Source of the DNA: Nitrospirota bacterium
Lineage (GTDB): Bacteria; Nitrospirota; JACRHJ01
NCBI GenBank assembly: GCA_963845245.1
Contig: CAWJRJ010000018.1
Coordinates: 32,001 to 96,000 of the forward strand
Length of the DNA: 64,000 nucleotides
Direction of reading: 5' to 3'
Made by a program: the position numbers and the translations under genes. Below are positions 33,037-46,937 of the stretch, one piece after another (positions within the stretch are counted from its first letter, which is position 1; each line of letters starts with the position of its first letter). Under the pieces are notes generated by a model. That model did not search any database. It saw only the letters and a program-made list of their open reading frames with translations, and had not been told where the DNA came from.

Positions 33037-33952
33037 CCCTCTCCTTGACTTCCTTAACCACCTGCGCTACGAGAAGGGTTCGTCGAGCAATACCGTGTCG
33101 AGCTACGAAAGCGACATCGAGCAGTTCTACGAATACCTCAGGGGGCCTGAGAAAAATCCGGTCGAGATACTCAAGGTGGACAACATCGATATCCGCGGTT
33201 ACCTTGCGCACCTATCAAGGCTGGGCCTAAAAAAGTCATCGTCCCAGAGGAAGCTCGCGAGCATCAGGAGCTTCTTCAAGTACCTGTACAGGGAAGGCGC
33301 TATAGACAGCAACCCTGCAAAGCTTGTTGCAACCCCGAAGAAGGAAAAGACGCTACCGGTGTTCCTGTCGGTGGACAACGCCAAGCTTTTGGTCGAAGCG
33401 CCCACGAACTCTAAGCTCGAAGGGCTCCGCGACCGCGCTATACTGGAACTGTTTTACTCTTCCGGGCTCAGGATATCAGAGCTTGCCGGGCTTGACCGGC
33501 AGGACGTGGACCTCGTCGAAGGATTTGTGAAGGTGACCGGTAAGGGCGACAAGGAGCGGGTGGTGCCGGTCGGTGATGCGGCCACAGCCGCGATAACAGA
33601 ATATACGCAGGCCTTCGATGCGAAGGCCGGGCAGCACGGCGGCGGTGACCTGCCGCTATTTATGAACAAGACCGGAGGCCGCCTGAGTGTGCGCGGGATA
33701 AGGCGCGTGGTGGAGAAGCAAGTGATTGCAACGGGCCTTCAGGGTAAGGTGTCTCCGCACACACTGCGGCACACGTTCGCGACGCACCTGCTCGGTTCAG
33801 GCGCGGACCTGCGCTCAATACAGGAGATGCTGGGGCACGCGTCGTTGTCCACCACACAGAAGTACACCCATGTGGACCTTGACCGCCTGATGCAGGTGTA
33901 CGACAAGGCGCACCCTAGGGCGAAGAAAGACGGAGAAAAAAAGGATGGCTAA
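33029..33952 (+). CDS. xerC: Tyrosine recombinase XerC
   Basis: [36 protein letters not shown]; trmFO-xerC-hslVU synteny. Confidence 0.92.
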   Translation: MNNPLLDFLNHLRYEKGSSSNTVSSYESDIEQFYEYLRGPEKNPVEILKVDNIDIRGYLAHLSRLGLKKSSSQRKLASIRSFFKYLYREGAIDSNPAKLVATPKKEKTLPVFLSVDNAKLLVEAPTNSKLEGLRDRAILELFYSSGLRISELAGLDRQDVDLVEGFVKVTGKGDKERVVPVGDAATAAITEYTQAFDAKAGQHGGGDLPLFMNKTGGRLSVRGIRRVVEKQVIATGLQGKVSPHTLRHTFATHLLGSGADLRSIQEMLGHASLSTTQKYTHVDLDRLMQVYDKAHPRAKKDGEKKDG

Positions 33953-34484
33953 GACAGAGTTTCACGGTACGACTATCATATCCGTAAGGAAGGACGGCAA
34001 GGTCGCGATAGGCGGCGACGGGCAGGTTACGATGGGCAACACCGTCATGAAGCATAACGCGCGGAAGGTGCGCAAGCTTTATAACGATACGGTACTCGCG
34101 GGTTTCGCCGGGGCCACCGCCGACGCTTTCACCTTGATTGAGAAGTTCGAGGGCAGGCTTGAGGAGTACCACGGAAACCTGGCCCGGGCCGCAGTCGAGC
34201 TTGCCAAGGAGTGGCGCACCAGCAAGATGCTGCGCCAGCTAGAGGCCCTGCTCATAGTCGCGGACGCGGAGCACACCTTCATAATATCCGGCACCGGCGA
34301 CGTGATAGAGCCGGAGGACGGAATAGCAGCCATAGGCTCGGGCGGCCCGTACGCGCAGGCCGCCGCGCAGGCGCTGATGAAACATTCCGCGCTCGACGCC
34401 GCCACGGTTGTGAAAGAGGCTATGGAGATAGCTTCAAGGATATGCATTTATACGAACTCGCAGATTGTAATGGAGGAGATCTAA
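33945..34484 (+). CDS. hslV: ATP-dependent protease subunit HslV
   Basis: TTI...[20 protein letters not shown]. Confidence 0.96.
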   Translation: MAKTEFHGTTIISVRKDGKVAIGGDGQVTMGNTVMKHNARKVRKLYNDTVLAGFAGATADAFTLIEKFEGRLEEYHGNLARAAVELAKEWRTSKMLRQLEALLIVADAEHTFIISGTGDVIEPEDGIAAIGSGGPYAQAAAQALMKHSALDAATVVKEAMEIASRICIYTNSQIVMEEI

Positions 34485-34487
34485 CCG

Positions 34488-35862
34488 ATGAAAGACCTGG
34501 CGCCCAGGGAAGTAGTTGCGGAGCTGGATAAGTATATAATCGGACAGGACAAGGCCAAGCGCGCCGTCGCCATTGCGCTTCGCACCAGGTGGAGGCGCAT
34601 GCGCCTGCCTGAGGACCTGCGCGACGAGGTCGTGCCGAAGAACATAATCATGATAGGCTCGACCGGCGTGGGAAAGACCGAGATAGCCAGGAGGCTTGCG
34701 AAGCTGATAGATGCGCCTTTTATAAAGGTGGAGGCCTCGAAGTTCACCGAGGTCGGCTACGTCGGGCGCGACGTCGAGTCTATTATCCGCGACCTGACCG
34801 AGCAGTCGATAGGGATGGTGAAGGCGGAGCAGGCGGAACAGGTGCGGGAAAAGGCCGCCGCCGCCGCCGAAGAGCGGCTGCTGGACGCGCTCCTGCCGAG
34901 AAGGCGATCAGATGTCCCGATGTCGTTGCGGGACGCAGGGGTTGGCGCAACGGAACAGCACGACGGAACAGTTTGAGGCGGAGTCGGCCACACGCGAGAA
35001 GTTCCGCCAGATGCTCCGGGACGGAAAACTCGACGAGCGCACCGTGGAGCTTGAGGTCAGGGAGAGGACTATGCCGATGGGCATAATCTCCAATATGGGC
35101 ATGGATGACCTCGAGATAAACCTTAAGGAGATGATGGGGAACATGTTCCCGGAGAAGTCCAAGAGGCGCACGCTCAAGGTGCCCGAGGCCCTGAAGGTTC
35201 TGACGCAGGAAGAGGCATCTCGCATGATAGACATGGACAAGGTCGCAAGCGAGGCCATCAGGCGCATAGAGCAGACCGGGATGGTGTTCATAGACGAGAT
35301 AGACAAGGTCGCCGGGCGCGAGTCGGGCGGGGCTGGCCCGGACGTATCCCGCGAGGGCGTGCAGAGGGACCTGCTGCCTATCATCGAGGGCTCCACGGTC
35401 AACACGAAGCACGGCCCGGTCAAGACAGACCACATACTGTTCATTGCCGCCGGGGCGTTCCATGTCGCCAAGCCGTCGGACCTCATCCCTGAGCTTCAGG
35501 GCCGCTTCCCGATAAGGGTGGAGCTTGATAACCTCACGAAGGACGACTTCGTCAGGATACTCACAGAGCCCAGGAACGCGCTCATCAAGCAGTACGTGGA
35601 GCTGCTTCGCACCGAGGGGCTTGAGATTAATTTCTCCGCTGACGCCGTGGAGGAGATTGCAAGGATAGCGGCGTCGGTAAACGAGCGCACGGAGAACATC
35701 GGCGCGCGCAGGCTGTATACGGTGCTTGAGAAGCTCCTTGAGGACGTGAGCTTCCATGCGCCGGACGCGGTACAGAAGGTCATAAACATAAACGCGGAAT
35801 ACGTGCAGAACCAGCTAAAGGAAGTAATAAAGGACGAAGACCTGAGCCGGTATATTCTGTAA
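34488..35862 (+). CDS. hslU: ATP-dependent protease ATPase HslU (frameshift near 34960)
   Basis: [43 protein letters not shown]. Confidence 0.96.
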
Positions 35863-35903
35863 GGCAGGGGTTATAAAATAGGAAATACGCTTGACAGGAA
35901 AGG

Positions 35904-35937
35904 AAGAGGCCGCCTACGAGATTGTAAGCGGCCTCTT
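35904..35937. terminator. Probable bidirectional terminator between hslU and the convergent lipoprotein gene
   Basis: AAGAGGCCGC...GCGGCCTCTT hairpin. Confidence 0.7.
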
Positions 35938-35950
35938 TGAATTTACAGAG

Positions 35951-38925
35951 TTATGTTTTATTCTCTTTCTTCAACTCGATCTGATTTGAGAAAGGAATTA
36001 TTAACTTGCCATCATTACTTTGAAGCTTTAAAGGCAGGTTGGCTGTTCCTATAGCCAGTGAATCGAAAAGCTGTCCGGCTGGTATTTTTGCAGAATCAGG
36101 TATGCCGGGAATGCTTATTGTAAGCGGGCCTATTGTAGATGTATTGTATTGTCCTTTAGCGAATGGGATATGGTGTTTAACTCCGTTATTGTCAATTTCC
36201 AGGGTGAACCCGTTTTCAAGGGCGTCTTGCAGGCCTGGATAGGCTTTATAAAACAGATCGCTTAAAATTATGCTTATGACGCCCTTGTATACTTTTGTTT
36301 TGCCGGTATCTTTTTGAACCTCGCATGTGATGCTCTTGGGATTGAGGCTTGCATTTCTGTCAGCGTCTGTTTTGAAATGAATAAATGTTCCTGATACACC
36401 CTTGTTGTTGGTAAGACTAGGTACTGCCCCTTTCTCGGGCATGGTAACCAGGATGTCTCCCGCCATTTCCATGTTATCCGGGATAAATGCTGGTATCCAT
36501 GTTGGATTGTAAGTGCATGTAAACCTAGCCACCTGACCGGACAGGTCTTCGCTTTTCAGGTCGATAGGTTCGCTCCAGGCGACATCGCCCTTGTTTGCTG
36601 GCCTAACAACAAGTTGCAGCTTGGAGGGTTTCTTTGGCATGCAATTTAATGGTATAAGAACGCTTATATTTCCAGCTATGACAGCAAAGGGCGAGGCGAA
36701 CTTAACAACCGGAGACTCTGTGGCCTCCTTTATTGGCGGGAGGATACGCACACCGTTTTTAATCCTGGCCAGGCCGTTGCTGGTTACCACGGTGAGATCT
36801 ACAGTCGGGTTTTTGTCGTCCAGCGTCCTTGGCATAACGATGGGACCAAACTCCGCAACTATCCCGGCCATGTCCGGCAGTATCGTGTATCCGACTGCGC
36901 TCTGGTTGTCTATGAATATCTCCGGGTTCCTCCAGAGATCGCTGCCCCGGATAAGAAGCTTTACAGGCTTGCCGGCTTCGACTACGTAACACCTCTCCTC
37001 TTTGGGCGCATTAAGGTCGAACGGCGGAGGTCTACGGCTTTCCACGTTCGACGTCCTTGAGAAGAAATGCGGTGAGTGCGGAGTAGTTGACGGGCAGTTG
37101 TACAGTCATAGGACTGCAGGTTTCCTCGACAGGAACAGGCTCGTTGTCCGCATTATACCAATGCGCTGCTTTTCCGTTTTTCTTTGTCGATTTATAGGTC
37201 GGGGTCAGGCTGACTTGCTGTATCCAGGACGGCACTACGATTGAGGCTTGGACCGAATATGTGGTCGGAACCTGGTTGAACTCCACGTCCCCATCGTCGC
37301 CTATCTCGAACTTCAGCCCAAGCACCCAGCCGAATGTGTCGCTGCCGTCGATGAAGCCCACGACAAGCGGTTGCCGCTTGACTGCCTGAATATTTTTCTG
37401 GATCCTCTTCATGTAATCCATATACGCATCTGCGCCGATGCCGTTCTGTGGCATAGCGGCCTTGAGGGAGAGTGTATAGCTCTTGAGGTTCTCGTATTCG
37501 GAAACATCTGAGATGTTCTGGGCGAGCTCCTTGGGTTCAACGCTGTAGATGTAAGAATTTTCCATCGGTTTGTCGTTAATCTTTTTATTTACCGCATCAA
37601 CAGCTTTATTCAATTTTTCCAGCCCGCCGTCCTTTCCTGCAACGGGGATAAAGTAAAAGTCCCCGTCAGTCATTTTTACAAGACTTGGTTCAGCATCAAA
37701 ACTTACAAAATCTTTAAGAGAAAAATTATATTCGATCCATTAGCATGTAGCTTAGCGCTTCACGACACTCTTTACTGTTGTCGCAGCCTACGTTGAGGCA
37801 TTCACTCAATTTGCTGAGTTTTATGTTGTCTGTTGTATCTTTAATTAATGCTAATTTGCTTTGTTCCGCAGACGCTTCTAATCTGTCTTGTTCTATCTGC
37901 ACATTACTAAGCGACTGTAGCCTAGCTATTTCCTCTTGTGTTGCTTTAGGAGTGTTAAGTAAATCTCTCGTTTTTTGGATTTCTACAATCCTCTTGTTGT
38001 TTTCTACAATCCTCTTGTTGTTTTCTATAATCCTCTTCTCAGTTTCATGTTTAGCTTTTACCGTATATGCAAAAAGCTCCATCTTTTCTTCATCCGACAA
38101 ATTGTTTGTGGCAATACGTCGCTGAAGGGCGATGGATTTTGCATTGATATCGTTCTCAAGGCTGCTGACCCATTTGGTATAATAATTAGGACCTATCGCA
38201 GTGGAGGTATTTGTAAAGGTATTTACTTTAAGGTCGACTTTCCCCCAGCCGTGGTTATGATTTTCGGGCGAAACCGCCAGGTCGAACTTCAAGGTATAAA
38301 TGGTGTTGCCCTGCATGTCATGAGTGTCGTCGAGTTCCTGCTCGCGGAGCATCGTCTGGATCGCGTCTCTGTACGCCTTCCTGTCCCTGAGTTCGTCGAT
38401 GGGGTGGAGCTTGGCCTTCGTCTCGGCGGATTCTATATTAGCCTGCCGCGTCGAACTGAATTCGCTGAATGGGTGCTTGGGGTAGACGGTGGTGTTGTTG
38501 CCCAATCCGGTGGCTGCGGGAGTAGCCTTGATGGATGAGTAGTTGCCCAGATTAGACATCTGATCAAGCTTGCGCCTCCTGTCCTGCATGTATATCCTGT
38601 GCTCGATCTCTCTTTCCTCGGCCTGCATGTTGTTCTGGTCAATTGCATTCATGGCGAGCATCTTTGCAGGGTTGACTTCGACCGCGAGAGAACCCCGGAG
38701 CCCCTCAAACATGTTTACGGTTCTCATTCCCTGGTAACCGAAAACAGCTTTATCTGAATCCTTGAGCTTGTCCTCCAACCACTGTTTTTCGACAGCGCGC
38801 CTTGAAACCAGTCGCTCCCTCGTGAACACTTCGGGACGACTGACCAATATTTTTCCGTAAGACCCGCAGCCCACGAAAAGAAGGATGCATAAGAAGAATC
38901 CAGCTCCGATTTTATAAATATTCAT
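35951..38925 (-). CDS. Large (~990 aa) hypothetical lipoprotein split into three ORFs by two apparent +1 frameshifts (near 37733 and 37050)
   Basis: Lipobox LLFVGC; frames are continuous if one base is removed at each junction; lower GC than neighbours. Confidence 0.65.
37981..38036. repeat. 21-bp tandem repeat (~2.7 copies) encoding a KRI(I/V)ENN heptad
   Basis: TTCTACAATCCTCTTGTTGTT x2 followed by TTCTATAATCCTCTT. Confidence 0.85.
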
Positions 38926-39129
38926 TTGCGTCTCTTGTCCCCCTAGGAAGGTTACTGTTAAAAACTTTTAATCTTATATCACTAATGATTAAATAACACA
39001 ATATATTTTTATTTGTTAAGATTGCTGCTATTTTAGGCTGTTACAGAAGAGTTTGAGAAAGCCAGGAGGAATTTTGTAAAAAATGTTTCCTTTATAATGT
39101 TTTTATTATATTCTCTAGGTAGTTTATGA

Positions 39130-40836
<1,707 letters not shown>

Positions 40837-40946
40837 CCCTAAAGTATAGTTGATAAAAATCAATATAGTCAAAGAAAAAGGGTATTAATTAAGGCTAATG
40901 AACAAAAACATGGAAAAATCAGGGCCTGAGGGCTTATAATTGCAGA

Positions 40947-41423
40947 ATGGCGGTTGATTTTGACAAAATAATGATGGCTTTGGCCATCGAACAGGCCAGG
41001 CGTGCCCTTGAGTACGGCGATGTGCCGGTAGGTGCGGTGGTGGCAGTGGGCGGGGAGGTAGTCGCGACCGCCTATAACCGCCGTGAGGCGGACAACGACC
41101 CGACGGCACATGCGGAGGTACTTGCACTCCGGGAGGCCGGCCGGGTGCTCGGGAGCTGGCGGCTGTCCGAGGCCACCGTATACATAACCAAGGAGCCCTG
41201 CGTGATGTGCGCTGGCGCGCTCATGAGCGCCCGGGTGGCGCGAGTGGTATACGGCGCTCAGGACCCAAAATACGGCGCGGCCTGGAGCGTGTTCAACATA
41301 CTGCAGGACGACCGGCTCAACCACCGGACAGAGGTCACAGCCGGGGTGCTTGCGGAAGAATGCATGGCCATATTAAGGGATTTTTTTGAGGGCCGCCGGG
41401 TGAATAAGATTGATAAAGCCTGA
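40947..41423 (+). CDS. tadA: tRNA adenosine(34) deaminase
   Basis: VPVGAV, DPTAHAE, EPCVMCAGA, LNH. Confidence 0.93.
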   Translation: MAVDFDKIMMALAIEQARRALEYGDVPVGAVVAVGGEVVATAYNRREADNDPTAHAEVLALREAGRVLGSWRLSEATVYITKEPCVMCAGALMSARVARVVYGAQDPKYGAAWSVFNILQDDRLNHRTEVTAGVLAEECMAILRDFFEGRRVNKIDKA

Positions 41424-41567
41424 CGGATTTGATAATATATAGAGGTCCTTTAAATGGGCAACCTTATATTTCCATAAAGATTTTCTATTGCATTCCCATC
41501 ATTTGGCAGTTGACTTTAGCAGGGGATTATATTATAAACGTAGGTTCCCGGATGGATTCATGTGCCC

Positions 41568-41657
41568 GGAGAGATGGCCGAGTGGTCGAAGGCGGTTGAC
41601 TCGAAATCAACTGTGGGGGTGACCTCACCGGGGGTTCGACTCCCTCTCTCTCCGCCA
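41568..41657 (+). tRNA. tRNA-Ser (anticodon CGA)
   Basis: GGAGAGA acceptor stem, GTTGA-CTCGAAA-TCAAC anticodon arm, long variable arm, GGTTCGACTCC, GCCA end. Confidence 0.95.
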
Positions 41658-41728
41658 TTTATCTCAAGGTAGATTTCTGCACCTTGAAATAAGCTTGTTC
41701 CTTGGAAATCTGAGAAGTTGGCGGCTGC

Positions 41729-41818
41729 GGAGAGGTGACCGAGTGGCCGAAGGTGCATGATTGGAAATCATGTGTATGGGCAACTGTACCGTGGGTTCGA
41801 CTCCCACCCTCTCCGCCA
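41729..41818 (+). tRNA. tRNA-Ser (anticodon GGA)
   Basis: CATGA-TTGGAAA-TCATG anticodon arm, long variable arm, GCCA end. Confidence 0.95.
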
Positions 41819-41889
41819 TAAATAAAGCCAGGCTTTGCATGTTTGCGGCTGGCCCCCCAAATGTTACCAGCCCCATTCAGTCACCCTAT

Positions 41890-42005
41890 GGGCCGTCGGG
41901 CCGGGTTCTGCGCGGCAGGAAACCGTGAACCCCGTCAGGTCCGGAAGGAAGCAGCGGTAAGCGGACCTTCCTGGGCGCCGCAGGCCAGCCTGGTCCGACG
42001 TCCCT
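41890..42005 (+). ncRNA. ffs: Small SRP RNA (4.5S)
   Basis: TCAGGTCCGGAAGGAAGCAGC core within a long hairpin; upstream of dnaX. Confidence 0.92.
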
Positions 42006-42093
42006 TATGGTGTCTGAAGTCTCAACAGACCCCCCTCTTTAAAGCTTGGGGCTTTTGCCCCGCTATCCGTGTCGCAAGGGTTTGGAGCATCAA

Positions 42094-43777
42094 ATGAGCT
42101 ATACAGTGCTGGCCCGCAAATGGCGCCCCCAACTGTTTACGGACGTTGTTGGGCAGGGCCACGTGGCCCGCAGCCTTATGAACGCCCTGAGCATGGGCAG
42201 GGTTGCGCACGCCTTCCTGTTTTCCGGGACGCGCGGGGTGGGCAAGACCACGACGGCAAGGATACTCGCCAAGGCGCTGAACTGCGCCAAGGGCCCTACA
42301 CCTGAGCCCTGCGGCGAATGCGACTCCTGCAAAGAGGTCACACAGGGCAACTCGGTCGACGTCATAGAGATAGACGCGGCCTCCAATACCGGCGTCGACA
42401 ACGTCCGCGAGCTTCGCGAGAACGCTAAATACGCCCCTGCGAAGTCCGCCAACAAGATATATATAATAGACGAGGTGCACATGCTCTCGGGGGCCGCGTT
42501 CAACGCGCTCCTGAAGACGCTGGAAGAGCCGCCGCCTCACGTCGTATTCATACTGGCAACCACCGACCCGCACAAGCTCCCGGCGACCATCCTCTCGCGC
42601 TGCCAGCACTACGATTTCAGGAGAGTGCCCAAGGCGAAGATCGAGGAACATTTAAATACCCTGTGTGAGAGGGAGGGTATCACGGTCGAGGCAGGGGCGC
42701 TCGCCCGTGTCGCGGGCCTGGCCGAGGGAAGCGTAAGGGATTCCCTTAGCCTGCTGGACCAGGTCATCTCCTTCTGCGGAGACGCGGGCATAAAGGAAGA
42801 GGACATAAATGCCACCCTCGGACTGGTAGGGCGTGAAGCGGTTAAGCGTGCGGCCCGCTGCGATAACCGGCCAGGATGCGGCCTCCGCGCTTGAGGCCGT
42901 TGGCGCGCTGGTGGACGAGGGGCAGGACCTGAGGCGTTTCGCATCCGAGCTCCTTGGGCTCTTCCGCGACATGCTCGTGACCAGGGTATCCCCCAAACCC
43001 GAGGCGGTGCTTGAGCTGTCCAAGGGCGAGGTCGAGGAGCTTGCCACAATAGCGGCGGGCATAAACCCTGAAGAACTCATAAGGGTGATGAACCTCCTCA
43101 GCCGGCTCGCGGACGAGATGAAATGGACAACGAGCCCCAGGATATCTCTGGAGCTGGCGCTGGTTAAGGCGGCATCCAGGCCGATAAATACGGTCGACGA
43201 GATACTGGAAGGCATAAAGGGACTTAAAGATACCCCGGCGGGCGGCATGGCATACGGCGCAGGTGCTCCGGCGGCAAGCCCGGCCAGGGCACAAGCCCCC
43301 GTTCCCGAGAAGTCTGTCTCACCTCGGACCATAAGGGAAGATGCGGACCATTATGCCTACCCGGAGTCCCCGGACAAGCCAGCCTCCGATAACCCGGCTG
43401 TCGAGCTTTGGGCAAGGATAAGGGAAGAGATAAAGAAGCTGGGCAAGGCCCCGCTGGCCGGTAAGATGAATGCCGCGGCCCCCAAAAAGCTTGAAGGCAG
43501 TGTACTCTCGGTCGTGGAAGGGACGCTGGCGTTCAGCGCCACTGACCTTTCCCTGATAAAGGATGCCGTGTCCACGCTCGGGCTGGATATTACCGTAAAG
43601 CCTGTGAAAGGCGGCGGGGAGAAGCAGAAGTCGCTGGGCGAAGTCAAGCAGGAGAAGATTCAGAGCCGCCACGACAAGATACGCCAGGAGGCTCTGCAAG
43701 ACCCGATAGTGAAATCGGCACTCGACCTGTTCGGCGGCGAGATAGTCGAAGTGGAAGACGAGAAGACCGGAACATAA
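42094..43777 (+). CDS. dnaX: DNA polymerase III gamma/tau (frameshift near 42850)
   Basis: [34 protein letters not shown]-terminal DP.VK....F.GEI. Confidence 0.95.
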
Positions 43778-43791
43778 ATAAGAGGATAATC

Positions 43792-44130
43792 ATGTCAAAA
43801 AAACTTTTGGGCAACCTGATGAAGCAGGCCCAGATGATGCAGGAAAAGATGGCGAAGGTCCAGGAAGAAGCGGCCGCAAAGACGGTCGAGGCCTCGGCGG
43901 GCGGCGGCATGGTCAAAGTCTCCGCCAACGGCAGGATGGAGATAATCTCGATAAACATCGAGAAAGAGGTCGTGAACCCGGACGACGTGGAGATGTTGCA
44001 GGACCTGGTTGTTGCGGCCGTCAACGAGGCGCTCAAGAAGGCCCAGGACATGATGTCGGACGAGATGGGCAAGATAACCGGCGGCATGGGGCTTCCCGGC
44101 GGTGGCGGCGGTTTCCCGGGGCTCTTTTAG
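43792..44130 (+). CDS. ybaB: YbaB/EbfC nucleoid-associated protein
   Basis: MKQAQ.MQ, GGGMV.V, D.EMLQDLV.AAVN.A. Confidence 0.95.
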   Translation: MSKKLLGNLMKQAQMMQEKMAKVQEEAAAKTVEASAGGGMVKVSANGRMEIISINIEKEVVNPDDVEMLQDLVVAAVNEALKKAQDMMSDEMGKITGGMGLPGGGGGFPGLF

Positions 44131-44136
44131 GGAAAG

Positions 44137-44730
44137 ATGTCTGAAACACTAGAACGGTTAGTTGACGAGTTTTCGCGGCTCCCGGGCATAGGCAGGAAGA
44201 CTGCCGCGAGGCTTGCGCTATACATATTAAAGGCCGGCAAGGAAGACGCCGGCGCCCTCGCGACGGCGATACTGGACCTGAAAGAGAAGGCCAGACCTTG
44301 CAGGGTATGCAACAACATAACCGAAGAAGAAATGTGCGGGATATGCGCCAGCCCGAAACGCGACCCGCGCAAGATACTCGTGGTAGAGGAGATCTCAGAC
44401 CTCCTGGCCGTCGAGGCGACGCACGAGTACAAGGGCCTCTACCACGTCCTGATGGGTGCGATATCCCCGATAGACGGTATCGGCCCCGAGGAGACGACCG
44501 TAGCGGGTCTGGTGGAGCGGGTTACAAAGGGCGGCGTGGACGAAGTTATCCTGGCCACCAACCCGAACCTTAAAGGCGAGGCGACGGCGCTTTACATTGC
44601 AAGGCAGCTGAGGCCCCTGGGTGTGCGGGTTACCCGCATAGCATACGGCGTCCCGATGGGAGGGGTGCTTGAATACTCCGACTCCGGCACGCTTATAAAG
44701 TCGCTTGAGGGGCGCAGGGTATTAGAATAG
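44137..44730 (+). CDS. recR: Recombination mediator RecR
   Basis: LPGIG.KTA.RL, C4 zinc finger, YHVL.G.ISP, EVILATNP. Confidence 0.96.
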   Translation: MSETLERLVDEFSRLPGIGRKTAARLALYILKAGKEDAGALATAILDLKEKARPCRVCNNITEEEMCGICASPKRDPRKILVVEEISDLLAVEATHEYKGLYHVLMGAISPIDGIGPEETTVAGLVERVTKGGVDEVILATNPNLKGEATALYIARQLRPLGVRVTRIAYGVPMGGVLEYSDSGTLIKSLEGRRVLE

Positions 44731-44776
44731 TCAGGATGGTTTGACCATCATAATATGAACAGGAGGTAGAGAAGAA

Positions 44777-45350
44777 ATGGCCGAGATATTGGAAATCAGA
44801 TGGCACGGCCGGGGCGGACAGGGGACCGTTACAGCCGCCAAGGTGCTTGCCGAGGCCTCTATGGCCGAAGGCAAGAACGTCCAGGCCTTCCCGGAGTATG
44901 GCCCTGAGAGGATGGGCGCCCCGCTTCGCGCGTACAACCGCATCAGCGTCAGCCCGATGACGATACACTGCCAGGTGACAAACCCGTCAGTGATAGCCGT
45001 CGTTGACCCGACATTGCTCGATACGGTCGATGTGACGGAGGGCACGACTTCAGACGCGGTATATATCATCAATACCGCAAAGACACCGGCTGAGATGAAG
45101 AAAAAGATCAAAGCTGAAGGGCAAGCAGAAGATGTTCTGCGTTGACGCAAACAAGATAAGCATCGAAACTATCGGCAGGATCATGCCCAACACGCCGATG
45201 CTCGGCGCGGTGGTCAAGGCCACCGGCGTCATCAAGCTTGAGACCCTTCTGACCGACATAAAGGCGAGCTTCGGCAAGAAGTTCTCCGAGAAGATAATCC
45301 AGAGCAACCTGGACGCGGCAAGCAAGGCCTACGAGGAGGTGAAATCGTAA
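44777..45350 (+). CDS. porC: Pyruvate/2-oxoacid:ferredoxin oxidoreductase gamma subunit (frameshift near 45110)
   Basis: EIRWHGRGGQG, FPEYGPERMGAP, PNTPMLGA. Confidence 0.9.
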
Positions 45351-45718
45351 TGAGCAAGCCAAAGGGATGGAAAAACCTGCCGGACGGCGGGATGATAACC
45401 GAGGCCGGAAACGCCGCCGCATACAACACCGGCGCGTGGCGCAGCGACAGGCCCATATGGATAAAGGAAAACTGCATCCAGTGCCTCTTCTGCTGGATAT
45501 ACTGCCCAGACTCCTCGGTGAAGGTGAAAGACGGCCTGCGCGAGGAGTTCGACTACCTGCACTGCAAGGGCTGCGGCGTCTGTGCGATGGAATGCCCGGC
45601 CAAGGAGAAGGCGATAGTCATGCTTACCGAGGCCGAGGGCCAGGGGCCGGATGCGCTGGAGAAGGCGAAGGCCATTGCAAAGAAGATGGCTGCGGAAAAG
45701 AAAGCCGCCAAAGAATAA
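45350..45718 (+). CDS. porD: Pyruvate/2-oxoacid:ferredoxin oxidoreductase delta subunit (2x[4Fe-4S])
   Basis: TGAWR..RP, CIQCLFCWIYCPD, CKGCGVCAMECP. Confidence 0.92.
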   Translation: MSKPKGWKNLPDGGMITEAGNAAAYNTGAWRSDRPIWIKENCIQCLFCWIYCPDSSVKVKDGLREEFDYLHCKGCGVCAMECPAKEKAIVMLTEAEGQGPDALEKAKAIAKKMAAEKKAAKE

Positions 45719-45742
45719 ATTACTGACAAGGAGAAAGATAAA

Positions 45743-46928
45743 ATGCCAAAAAAGGTTGCAATGACGGGTAACGTGGCCGTGGCCAATGCCATGCGCCAGA
45801 TCAACCCCGACGTATGCGCCGCCTACCCGATCACGCCTTCGACCGAGGTCATGCAGCAGTACTCCACGTTCGTCGCGGACGGGCTGGTGGACACGAACCT
45901 GGTCACGGTGGAGTCGGAGCATTCGGCCATGAGCGCTTGCATAGGCGCATGCGCAGCGGGCGGCAGGGTAATGAACGCCACGTCGGCAAACGGCCTGGCC
46001 CTCATGTGGGAGATGCTCTATATAGCATCCGGCAACAGGCTGCCGATCGTGCTTTCTTGCGTCAACAGGGCGCTTTCGGCCCCGATAAACATCCACTGCG
46101 ACCACTCAGACTCGATGGGCGCAAGGGACGCGGGCTGGATACAGCTCTACGCCGAAAACGCGCAGGAGGCCTACGACAACACGGTACAGGCCCCCAGGAT
46201 AGCCGAACACTTCGACGTCAGGCTTCCGGTGATGTCCTGCATGGACGGGTTCATCATCTCGCACTCGATAGAGAACCTGGAACTTCTGGATGACCAACAG
46301 GTTAAGGATTTCGTAGGCCCCTACAAGTCTCCGACCCCGGTCCTGCTCGACCTTGAGCACCCCTCCACCTACGGCGCGCTGCATCTTGCAGGACTACTAC
46401 ATGGAGTCAAAGAAGCAGCAGCACGAGGCCATCAAGAGGGCCAAGAAGGTAGTGGTAGAGGTAGGCAAGGAATACGGCAAGCTTTCCGGAAGGAAGTACG
46501 GCCTCTTCGAGGACTACAAGTTGGCAGACGCAGACGTTGCGCTGGTCGTGCTCAACTCCGCTGCCGGCACGTCAAAGGTCATAGTGGACGAGCTTAGGTC
46601 TAAGGGCATTAAAGCCGGCCTTTTAAAGCCGAGGCTCTTCAGGCCGTTCCCGTATGTCGAGATCGCCGATGCGATGAAGAACTGCAGCGCAGTCTGCGTT
46701 ATGGACCGCGCCGACAGCTTCGGGTCCGCGGGCGGGCCGCTCTTCACCGAGTTCAGGAGCGCGCTGTACGACCTGCCCAAGAGGCCGATAATGATAAACA
46801 AGATATACGGCCTTGGTGGCCGCGACCTGGGCCTCGACGACATCAGGAAGGTCTTCAAAGAGCTGGTGACCCTGACGGAGTCCGGCAAGGTCAAAAACCT
46901 TTGCGAATACATTACAGTCAGAGAATAG
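45743..46928 (+). CDS. porA: Pyruvate/2-oxoacid:ferredoxin oxidoreductase alpha subunit (frameshift near 46387)
   Basis: AYPITPS, VESEHSAMS, NRALSAPINIHCDHSD, FRPFP, YGLGGRD. Confidence 0.93.
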
Positions 46929-46937
46929 GAGACAACC

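Noticed and set aside
33029..33952. Tyrosine recombinase as the integrase of a mobile element
   Set aside because: It sits in the housekeeping trmFO-xerC-hslVU context with no att sites or cargo
41568..41818. tRNA-Ser genes as island integration sites
   Set aside because: I saw no duplicated tRNA 3' end or nearby integrase, and the flanks are core genes; the hairpin at ~41659-41694 is probably a processing or terminator structure
42830..42900. Programmed ribosomal frameshift in dnaX (tau/gamma)
   Set aside because: The break falls near codon 252, inside the conserved clamp-loader domains, with no A-AAA-AAG or poly-A slippery site; it matches the window-wide indel pattern
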